A stretch of DNA of 64,000 nt, taken from positions 57,376-121,375 of the forward strand of contig NZ_JBKBXB010000003.1 of the NCBI RefSeq assembly GCF_046313975.1. Direction: 5' to 3'. Of the stretch, positions 57,334 through 64,000 are shown in pieces. Positions within the stretch are counted from its first letter, which is position 1; the number at the start of each line of letters is the position of its first letter. This DNA comes from Hyphomonas sp. GTDB lineage: Bacteria > Pseudomonadota > Alphaproteobacteria > Caulobacterales > Hyphomonadaceae. The position numbers were made by a program, and so were the translations under genes. Below the pieces are notes generated by a model. That model ran no database searches. It was not told the origin of the DNA and was given only the letters and a program-made list of their open reading frames with translations.

Positions 57334-57368
57334 GCCCGCCGCCCACTCCCGGGCGGCGGGCGCTTTTT
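57334..57368 (+). terminator. Intrinsic terminator ending the late operon
   Basis: gcccgccgccc-actccc-gggcggcgggc then gc-T5. Confidence 0.75.
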
Positions 57369-57419
57369 CCATTTCCGGGGTCAGATTATGCACGATCCTA
57401 TGCATGACCAGCGCGCTCG

Positions 57420-58052
57420 CTATTCGGGCTTTGTTTCAGGAACATCCGTACCATGAAGATTTTCCGCATCACTTTCCGCGATTTGGCCTTCTTCAAGGGT
57501 GGCTTTTTTACCGGGTTCTACACGGGCGTGCTGGGTTTCGGGTGGCTGATGGTCGTCATCGGTTTGATATCCTTCACCTGACGCCGCTTCGATCAGGGCG
57601 GCCTGCACTTTCGCCTGCTCCATGAACACGTTGATCTCGTTCTTCGTGTAGTTCACGAGGCTGCCGCTGGTCACATATTCGAAGACAAGCAAGATGAAGA
57701 TCATCACGGCGGTCTGGCTAAACTCGCCGGCTTTGGCGCGGCGCAGAATCGCCCCGACTTCAGGTGCAACTTCGGAGACCGCATCGATCAGGCCGCCATC
57801 GCGAAAGTTATCTTTCCTGGCGTCCTCAAGTATTGATTTCAGCGTTCGTCGTGCGTCCCGATTGAGCGGCCGGATAGCGACGACGATCTCGTCAACCATG
57901 TCATAAACGCCATCGATCGAGCGCGCTCGCCCTCCGCAGTAGGGGCAGGTTTCCCAGTTGTTCGCGAAATGGATGTTCTTCGCGCCGACGATGCGAAATG
58001 CTCTCGACGTAAAAACGGTCCCGCACTTCACGCACTTCATGGGCAAGGTCAT
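57420..58052 (-). CDS. Accessory (moron) protein: zinc ribbon + TM helix
   Basis: GGAG RBS; CVKC...CPYC; hydrophobic AVMIFILLVF; visibly lower GC than flanks. Confidence 0.72.
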   Translation of the reverse strand: MTLPMKCVKCGTVFTSRAFRIVGAKNIHFANNWETCPYCGGRARSIDGVYDMVDEIVVAIRPLNRDARRTLKSILEDARKDNFRDGGLIDAVSEVAPEVGAILRRAKAGEFSQTAVMIFILLVFEYVTSGSLVNYTKNEINVFMEQAKVQAALIEAASGEGYQTDDDHQPPETQHARVEPGKKATLEEGQIAESDAENLHGTDVPETKPE

Positions 58053-58143
58053 GTGGCACTCCAAGGTGGTACCGTATCCGCCCCTGAGTCGTGCGATTTG
58101 TAAAACAATGGGGGGCTGGATGCGTGCCCGGACAGCAGGTAGC

Positions 58144-58164
58144 TGTAAACCGTCCTGTAAACCG
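58144..58164 (+). promoter_or_regulatory. Tandem putative integrase arm sites
   Basis: TGTAAACCG at 58144 and 58156 (12-bp period). Confidence 0.7.
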
Positions 58165-58192
58165 CTTGCCGTTGATGCTGCCTAAAGCCTTG

Positions 58193-58245
58193 AAAAGATG
58201 GTCGGAGTGAGAGGATTCGAACCTCCGGCCCCTAGCTCCCGAAGC
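58193..58245 (-). repeat. att site within the intact tRNA-Pro
   Basis: Direct repeat of 17940-17992. Confidence 0.93.
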
Positions 58246-58275
58246 TAGTGCTCTACCAGGCTGAGCTACACTCCG
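58199..58275 (-). tRNA. tRNA-Pro(CGG)
   Basis: 77 nt cggagtgtagctcagcctggtagagcactagc-ttCGGga-gctag...ggttcgaatcc...cacTCCGACCA; full cloverleaf, encoded CCA. Confidence 0.97.
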
Positions 58276-58419
58276 CCGTCCATCGGCCCGGACGGGCGCC
58301 CATGGCCCGCGCGGGAAGCCGCGTGTTTACGCGCGGCGCCGGATTTTGCAAGGGGCAAATGCGGCGCTGTCCGGCCTCTGCTGGTTGACCCCGGCCCGGC
58401 TTCGCGCTCCCCTCTGGCC

Positions 58420-59097
58420 ATGCGCTGCCCGCTTGTCCGTCTTGCCGCCTGTCTGGCCCTTCTGGCCGCCTGTACGGCCGTGCCGCAACCGGGTGCAGTG
58501 CCTCCATCGGCTGCCAGACCGCCGGAGGCAGAAGCCGGCCTCGTGATCGACCGTCTGCCGGAGGATTTTCCGCATGGCGGCGAGCCGCGCCTGGCTGAAG
58601 AGATCGACCTGATCGTCATCCACACGATCGGCGGGCCCATGTGCCGGAACGGGGAAGTGTTCTTCACCCCGGCCAGCGGCAGCGCCGTGTTCTGGCGCGA
58701 CTGGTTTCTGGATCAGCCGGACAGGAGCATCCATTATGTCATCGGGCGGGCGGGCGACATCGCCCAGCAGCGCCCGGAGCTGCGCACCGCCGGCCATGTC
58801 AGCTTCGGGGGGGTGATGCAGCGCGTGAACCAGCGTTCTGTCGGCATCGAGCTGGTCAACCGCGGCGACGGGATCGAGCCGTTCCCGCCCGCGCAGATCG
58901 CCGCCACGAAGGCGCTCGCCGCTGTCCTCGCCGGCCGCTATGGCCTCGGGCCGGAGGCCGTGGTCACACATGCGGCGCTTGACACCCGGATGCAGGCCGA
59001 TTGCGGCGGCCAGCCGCTGCGGCGCAATCTGGATCCGGGCCCGCTGTTTCCGCTGGATGAGGTCCGCGCGGCGATGGCGCGCGAAGAGGCGCGCTAG
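58420..59097 (+). CDS. N-acetylmuramoyl-L-alanine amidase (Amidase_2) lipoprotein
   Basis: LIVIHT, SIHY, AGHV, SVGIEL, VTH; LAAC lipobox. Confidence 0.85.
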   Translation: MRCPLVRLAACLALLAACTAVPQPGAVPPSAARPPEAEAGLVIDRLPEDFPHGGEPRLAEEIDLIVIHTIGGPMCRNGEVFFTPASGSAVFWRDWFLDQPDRSIHYVIGRAGDIAQQRPELRTAGHVSFGGVMQRVNQRSVGIELVNRGDGIEPFPPAQIAATKALAAVLAGRYGLGPEAVVTHAALDTRMQADCGGQPLRRNLDPGPLFPLDEVRAAMAREEAR

Positions 59098-59996
59098 GAG
59101 GCGCGTGTGCGGGCCAGCGCCATCTGCCGCTGGCGCTCGGCAAAGCGGGCCCGCTGCCCATCCGTCATTTCGCTGATGCAGGCCGGGCAGGAGATGCCCT
59201 CCACATAATCCTTGTGCTGACGGCCTTCGGCTGAAACCGGCCGGCCGCAGGCATGGCACAGGCTATGCGTGCCCGGCGACAGGTCATGGCGCACGCTGAC
59301 GCGCTCGTCGAATACGAAGCATTCTCCGCGCCAGAGGCTTTCCTGCTCCGGCACGGTTTCCAGGTATTTCAGGATACCGCCTTCAAGGTGGAACACGTCC
59401 TCGATGCCTTCGGCCTTGACGAAGCTGGTCGCCTTCTCGCAGCGGATGCCCCCTGTGCAGAACATCGCGATCTTCGGCTTGCGGCCTTCGCTTTCGAGCC
59501 GGGCGCGGAACTCCCGGAACCAGGCCGGAAAGTCGCGGAAACGATCCGTCTGCGGATCGATAGCGCCTTCAAAGGTGCCGATGGCGACCTCGTAGTCGTT
59601 GCGCGTGTCGATCAGCACGGTGTCCGGATCGGTAATCAGCGCGTTCCAGTCTTCCGGCTTCACATAGCTGCCGACGAGCGTGTTCGGGTCAGTGCCGGGC
59701 ACACCCATGGTGACGATCTCGCGCTTCAGGCGCACCTTCAGCCGGCGGAAGGGCATTTTTTCGGCCTCGGCAAACTTCGCCTCCAGCGTCTCGGCGCCGG
59801 GCAGGGCGCGCAAGCGGGCAAGCGCTGCGTCAATCGCCTCGGGCGTGCCCGCGAGGGTGCCGTTGACGCCTTCCTCCGCCAGCAGCACGGAGCCTTTCAC
59901 GCCCAGCCCGCAGAACGCCGCTGCCAGCTCGGGCTGGCGCTCGCGATAGTCCGGAAAGCGGAAGAACTTGTAGAAGGCGGCGACGCGGAAACTCAT
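59094..59996 (-). CDS. trhO: Rhodanese-domain tRNA uridine(34) hydroxylase
   Basis: FYKF, EEGVNGT, IDTRNDYE, MFCTGGIRCEK, HLEGGILKY, CFVFDERV. Confidence 0.92.
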   Translation of the reverse strand: MSFRVAAFYKFFRFPDYRERQPELAAAFCGLGVKGSVLLAEEGVNGTLAGTPEAIDAALARLRALPGAETLEAKFAEAEKMPFRRLKVRLKREIVTMGVPGTDPNTLVGSYVKPEDWNALITDPDTVLIDTRNDYEVAIGTFEGAIDPQTDRFRDFPAWFREFRARLESEGRKPKIAMFCTGGIRCEKATSFVKAEGIEDVFHLEGGILKYLETVPEQESLWRGECFVFDERVSVRHDLSPGTHSLCHACGRPVSAEGRQHKDYVEGISCPACISEMTDGQRARFAERQRQMALARTRAS

Positions 59997-60036
59997 GCGG
60001 CGCCTTATGGCAGAGGCAGGGCTGGCGGAAAATGCC

Positions 60037-60417
60037 CTATGGCATCTCGGTCAGGCTGAGGTTGTTGCCATCGGGATCGTTGAACCAGCAGACTTTCACC
60101 GCCCCGCCGGGGGCAGACCAGACCCCGTCCGCATCCTGTCCGAAGCCCGGATAGACGAGGAACTCGACCCCCTTCGCCTTCAGGGCCGCCATCGCGGCGC
60201 GGATATCCGGCACGGCCCAGCCGAGCACGGTGTGCGCCCCGGCCTGCCAGCCCTGCACGGTGGTGAGGCGCAGCGTGGTGCCGGCAAGGTCGAACACGGC
60301 AGCGAAGTCGTCGGTCGAGACAGGGGTGAGGCCCAGCACATCGCGGTACCAGGCGCTCGCGCGCTTGTGGTCCGGCGTCAGGACGAAGGTGATGGCCTTG
60401 GCGGTGGTGAGGGACAT
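60037..60417 (-). CDS. VOC family protein
   Basis: WYRDVLGL...WFNDPDGNNLSL. Confidence 0.88.
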   Translation of the reverse strand: MSLTTAKAITFVLTPDHKRASAWYRDVLGLTPVSTDDFAAVFDLAGTTLRLTTVQGWQAGAHTVLGWAVPDIRAAMAALKAKGVEFLVYPGFGQDADGVWSAPGGAVKVCWFNDPDGNNLSLTEMP

Positions 60418-60457
60418 GGGCGGGCTCCGGGGTTTGGGTGAGGGTAGCACGGGGTTT

Positions 60458-60586
60458 CCCCCTCCGTCTCGCACCTTTGGTGCGATCCACCTCCCCCGCT
60501 TCGCGGTGGAGGAAAGCCGTTGCATTGGGGCGCGCCCTCATCCTCCCCTGCAAAGCGGGGGAGGTGGCCCGCATGGCCGGAGGGGG
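60458..60586. repeat. Inverted pair of REP/CIR-like elements
   Basis: 60458-60513 (minus) and 60542-60586 (plus) share CCTCC...GGGGGAGGTG...CGGAGGGGG. Confidence 0.7.
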
Positions 60587-60625
60587 CTCTCGCTATCCGC
60601 CCCCGGCCCGGTTTAGGATGGGCCC

Positions 60626-61111
60626 ATGAAACAGCTCCTCATCCTTTGGCATTCGCGCACCGGGGCGGCGGAGGCTATGGCACGTGCGGCGTTTGAGGGC
60701 GCACGGGGCGAGGGCGCCGCGCGGCTCGTGCGCGCGGCCGAAGCGGGGCCGGAGGAGATGCTGGCCGCGGCGGGCTACCTGTTCGCGGCGCCGGAAAACC
60801 TCGCCGGCCTCTCCGGCGAGATGAAGGAATTCTTCGACCGCTGCTACTACCCCCTGCTCGGGCGGATAGAGGGGCGGCCCTATGCGCAGATGATCGCGGC
60901 GGGATCGGACGGGCAGGGCGCGGCGCGGCAACTCGCCCGCATCTGCACCGGCTGGCGCCTCCGGGAAGTGCAGCCGGCGATGATCGTCAACACGAATGCT
61001 CAGACACCGGAACAAATCCTCGCGCCCAAGACGCTGGACGCTGCCACGCTGGCGGACTGCCGCGACCTCGGCGCCGGAATGATGGCGGGGGTGGCGAGCG
61101 GGATCTGGTGA
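60626..61111 (+). CDS. Flavodoxin-like protein
   Basis: HSRTG, PENLAGLSG.MKEFFD, AAGSDG. Confidence 0.88.
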   Translation: MKQLLILWHSRTGAAEAMARAAFEGARGEGAARLVRAAEAGPEEMLAAAGYLFAAPENLAGLSGEMKEFFDRCYYPLLGRIEGRPYAQMIAAGSDGQGAARQLARICTGWRLREVQPAMIVNTNAQTPEQILAPKTLDAATLADCRDLGAGMMAGVASGIW

Positions 61112-61113
61112 GC

Positions 61114-61320
61114 GGCAGCGCCACCCCCAACGCTAACCCGCAGCCGTGAGATTTTGCCCGTCTTTCAGGTCATCAGGCGGCACTGATGTGCGTGCGATTT
61201 CCGCTGTCCTGGGTTGACCGTTTTGGCATCCGTTTGACCAGGAACATCCGCAGGCAGAGATCAGAGTCCATGCGCCGGATGAATCAATGGCGTTGGCATC
61301 TTGATGGGGTGTTCGCGAAG
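61114..61320 (+). pseudogene. IS6-family transposase remnant
   Basis: MCVRFPLS|WVDRFG...IRRQR...WRWHLDGVFAK with internal deletion and upstream frameshift; DDE core missing. Confidence 0.7.
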
Positions 61321-61446
61321 AGTCGCGGCGGCACGCCGCGCTTCGCGGATGGCAGGAACTTCTTGATGCCTGACGCCTGGTCGCGCGCGAGTTCCGGGTG
61401 CGGGTTGGCATTCGCCTGACCGCACACGGGACCATGTCATTCCGCG

Positions 61447-61752
61447 TCAGAACCGGTCAGGGCGCAGCACCCTGACCTCCGAGACATTCAGCACACCGAT
61501 ATGCGAGCCGAGCAGGGACTCAAGATGCCCGAGGGCTGCGTTGATGCGGGCTTCTGTGCCGATCGAGATGACCAGTAGCATGTTGCCGGAGGCGGAAAGG
61601 TCTGAATCCCGGTTCCAGTGATTGCCGCCGCCATAGCCGGCGATGGCGGGCAGAACTGTATACCCGGTGAGCCCGGCCGCTTCCAGGACGCTGCAGGCAC
61701 GTTGAAGCGCCATGCGCTCAATGATCAGTTCGAGACGGTAGCGGACATGCAT
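61447..61752 (-). CDS. sbtB: PII-like regulator, SbtB type
   Basis: LELIIE...L...GLTGYTV..A.AGYG; directly downstream of sbtA. Confidence 0.8.
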   Translation of the reverse strand: MHVRYRLELIIERMALQRACSVLEAAGLTGYTVLPAIAGYGGGNHWNRDSDLSASGNMLLVISIGTEARINAALGHLESLLGSHIGVLNVSEVRVLRPDRF

Positions 61753-61763
61753 GGATCACCTCC

Positions 61764-62750
61764 TCATCCCGCGACGAGACGGCCAAGCCAGATATAAAGG
61801 GGCAGGCCGATGATCAGGTTGAACGGGAACGTTATGCCGAGCGACAGTGTGAGATAAATAGATGGCCGTGCCTTGGGCAAGGCCAGGCGGATCGCGGCCG
61901 GAACGGCGATGTAGGAGGCCGAGGCGGCAAGCGTGATGAGCAGCGCCGCGTCCGCGGCAGGCATGCCGTTGGCCCAGGCCACCAGGGCAGCGAGCAAGGC
62001 CGACAGAAGCGGCATGTAGAGGCCAAACAGGATGGTGCCGGGTTCGAGCTGCCGCCAGCCATTGCTGAGGCCGCGGCCGGCCGCCAGGCCCATGTCGAGG
62101 AGAAACAGGCAGAGGATGCCCTGGAACGGGGTGACGAAGAAGGGGGCGATCCGCTCCATGCCGGCCTCGCCGGTGATCCAGCCGATGAGCAGGGAGCCGA
62201 TCAGGACAACGACGGAGGCATTCAGCAGCACTTCGCGCGCAAGCTCGCCGCGCTCAGCGGCGATCTGCGCAGCCGGTTGCGGGTGTCGGGCATTGCCGCC
62301 CCTCGCGAGGATAAGGGCGGTGATGATCGCCGGCACTTCCATCAGCGCTGCGACGGCGACGAGATACCCAGACGCGACAAGGCCCGAGGCGGTGACGGCC
62401 TGGGTCGCCGCCACGAAGGTGACGATCGAGATGGAGCCATAGTGCGCGGCCGCTGCCGCCGCATCGGTGCGGTCGAGCCGGGTGGTCAGGCGCAGAAGCG
62501 TGAAGGCGAGGACGGGCAGAAGGAAGGATAAACCCATTCCGGAGGCCATGATCAGGGCAATGTCCCAGCTGAGCTGGCTTTTCGACATCTCGACCCCGCC
62601 TTTCAGGCCGATCGACATCATCAGGTAGATCGCCAGGCCTTTGGCGAAGGCCTCCGGGATCGACATCTGCGATTTGAGCAGCGCTGCGCCGAGTCCCAAT
62701 ACGAAGAACAGGACCATCGGTGAGAACAGGGTGGAGAGGGCGATGTCCAT
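61764..62750 (-). CDS. sbtA: Sodium-dependent bicarbonate transporter
   Basis: IYLMMSIGLKGG, AAHYGSISIVTF, LFLLDMG, ASASYIAVPAA, LGITFPFN. Confidence 0.92.
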   Translation of the reverse strand: MDIALSTLFSPMVLFFVLGLGAALLKSQMSIPEAFAKGLAIYLMMSIGLKGGVEMSKSQLSWDIALIMASGMGLSFLLPVLAFTLLRLTTRLDRTDAAAAAAHYGSISIVTFVAATQAVTASGLVASGYLVAVAALMEVPAIITALILARGGNARHPQPAAQIAAERGELAREVLLNASVVVLIGSLLIGWITGEAGMERIAPFFVTPFQGILCLFLLDMGLAAGRGLSNGWRQLEPGTILFGLYMPLLSALLAALVAWANGMPAADAALLITLAASASYIAVPAAIRLALPKARPSIYLTLSLGITFPFNLIIGLPLYIWLGRLVAG

Positions 62751-62813
62751 GGCAGACCCCAAAGCCGGTGAGGCCCCGGACTGAGCCCCGGGGGCGCGAC
62801 ATGCGCCGCTTCA

Positions 62814-62836
62814 AAAAATAGGTCCAGACTATTTTT
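62814..62836. promoter_or_regulatory. LysR (CbbR/CcmR-type) palindrome
   Basis: AAAAATAG-gtccaga-CTATTTTT perfect 8-bp inverted repeat containing T-N11-A. Confidence 0.7.
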
Positions 62837-63072
62837 CCGATGAAATTCATAGAGAGAAACAATGATATTTGCTTCGAAACCCTCCGGGTCATGTGGCGGC
62901 CCGGCGCCTGGCAGTGGCCAAGCCTGCCGGACCCCTCACGATCCGCACGCCCCATTACTGACCCTGCCAAAGCTGGCCATAGCTGAATGCTATCAACCAG
63001 GAACAAAAAATGGATTGGAGCTATTCTTCTTCCAGCCCATCTGCAGCGGCATCAATCCTCAGGAGACTGATC

Positions 63073-63678
63073 ATGATGCGTACTCATTCGGCCCTTGCCG
63101 CCCTGTTTGCTGCCGCCCTTGCGGCCACTCCGGTGGCCTGTGCATCGACTTCCGCCCAGACCGCAGCCACGGCCGTTGCCGCCGCGCCCGCCGAAGTGCG
63201 CGCGCCCATAACCGAAGCTGACGTGATTGCCGCCCAGAATGCCTGGGGCAACGCACTGGTCAGCATTTCCCGCACCTATGACCAGCAGGGCATCGAGGCG
63301 GCCACCAAGCTCGCCGGCGAAGTGATCGACAGTGCCTACGGCTACCAGATGGGCCCGGTGCTGTTCAAACCCACGCTGACCGTTGCCCCGCAAACCTTCC
63401 GCACCACGCGGGAAGGCGCGCTGGCCTATTTCGTAGGCGGCAACCCCGATTATCCGAAAGACACAGGCTTCGCCCTGAATGGCTGGGAATCCTTCGAGAT
63501 CAAGAATGCCGGCATTTTCATTGAGGGTGACACGGCAATCTCGATGGGCAATGTGATGCTCACCAACAAGCAAGGAAACGTCACGACCGTCGACAAGACC
63601 TGGGGCTATCTGCGCGACAAGGACGGGGCACTTCGCATCGTGCTGCACCATTCCTCCTTGCCCTACACGCCTCAGTAA
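63073..63678 (+). CDS. Exported iota-class carbonic anhydrase (COG4337-like)
   Basis: AGGAG RBS, signal peptide; AQNAWG, PVLFKPT, GALAYFVGG, VDKTWGY, IVLHHSSLPY. Confidence 0.85.
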   Translation: MMRTHSALAALFAAALAATPVACASTSAQTAATAVAAAPAEVRAPITEADVIAAQNAWGNALVSISRTYDQQGIEAATKLAGEVIDSAYGYQMGPVLFKPTLTVAPQTFRTTREGALAYFVGGNPDYPKDTGFALNGWESFEIKNAGIFIEGDTAISMGNVMLTNKQGNVTTVDKTWGYLRDKDGALRIVLHHSSLPYTPQ

Positions 63679-63697
63679 ATCTCACCTCCCCCGGCAG

Positions 63698-63742
63698 CTG
63701 GCCGGAGTGCGGGTCGCCTGAAGCGACCTGCGCTCTGGCCAG
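63698..63742 (+). other. 20-bp RNA hairpin with three G-U pairs
   Basis: ctggccggagtgcgggtcgc-ctgaa-gcgacctgcgctctggccag. Confidence 0.7.
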
Positions 63743-63777
63743 CCGTTTGGTTTTGAAGATCCGTATACGTTCCGATC

Positions 63778-64000
63778 ATGTCATCTGCCATCCGTACATC
63801 ATCGCTCGCGCTGGCCTCCGCCGTCCTCATCACCTCTCACGCTGCAGCTCAGGGGACAGATGAGGGCTTCGAGTTCTGGCTCAACCCATCCCTGAGCCAC
63901 GACCTGACCGACAGGACAGGGGTGGAGCTGGAAACCGCCCAGCGCTGGCGCAGCGCGGAAGACGGCCGGGCAGACACATACTTCTATCGCCTCTGGCTAA
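63778..64000 (+). CDS. DUF2490-like outer-membrane protein (partial, runs off window)
   Basis: Manual translation: signal peptide then DEGFEFWLNPSLSHDL...VELETAQRWR...DTYFYRLWL. Confidence 0.7.
   Translation, partial: MSSAIRTSSLALASAVLITSHAAAQGTDEGFEFWLNPSLSHDLTDRTGVELETAQRWRSAEDGRADTYFYRLWL

Larger units (their letters stand above)
17940..58245. mobile_element. Temperate long-tailed prophage (~40.3 kb) integrated in tRNA-Pro(CGG)
   Basis: Flanking 53-bp direct repeats, integrase at one end, complete immunity, replication, packaging, head, tail and lysis modules. Confidence 0.95.

Noticed and set aside
63073-63678. Phosphoribosyl-AMP cyclohydrolase label sometimes given to this family
   Set aside because: Lacks the HisI Cys/Zn motifs, has a signal peptide and C-terminal HHSS; context with sbtAB supports carbonic anhydrase

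Overview
High-GC alphaproteobacterial chromosome segment; gene content suggests Hyphomonadaceae (inference). Left host arm (1-17.9 kb): MidA-type methyltransferase, lgt, ubiK, YbjN, proC, a curli-like csgA-csgH-csgB cluster, two tandem exported paralogs with Tic22-like motifs, M23 peptidase, recA with a LexA box, and alaS. From 17,940 to 58,245 lies an apparently intact ~40.3 kb temperate long-tailed (HK97/lambda-like) prophage integrated in tRNA-Pro(CGG). It has 53-bp att repeats, a tyrosine integrase, an OL/OR switch with a peptidase-less repressor, early genes (MTase, two ASCH-like, GapR, DUF5131), an initiator with iterons, cos-type packaging, head and tail genes with a G/GT -1 frameshift, two receptor-binding proteins and a TIGR02594 endolysin. 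Right host arm: amidase, trhO, flavodoxin, an IS6 scar and a bicarbonate module (SbtB-SbtA divergent from an iota-class carbonic anhydrase and a DUF2490 protein, with a CbbR-type palindrome between them). Best leads: (1) a small antisense phage gene with a LexA box abutting its ribosome-binding site, a candidate new SOS antirepressor; (2) twin antisense paralogous cassettes sharing a GANTC-containing 14-bp motif exactly 47 nt upstream of each start; (3) the SbtAB/iota-CA/DUF2490 carbon-uptake module in a probable heterotroph. All family calls come from motifs recognised by eye; no database search was run.
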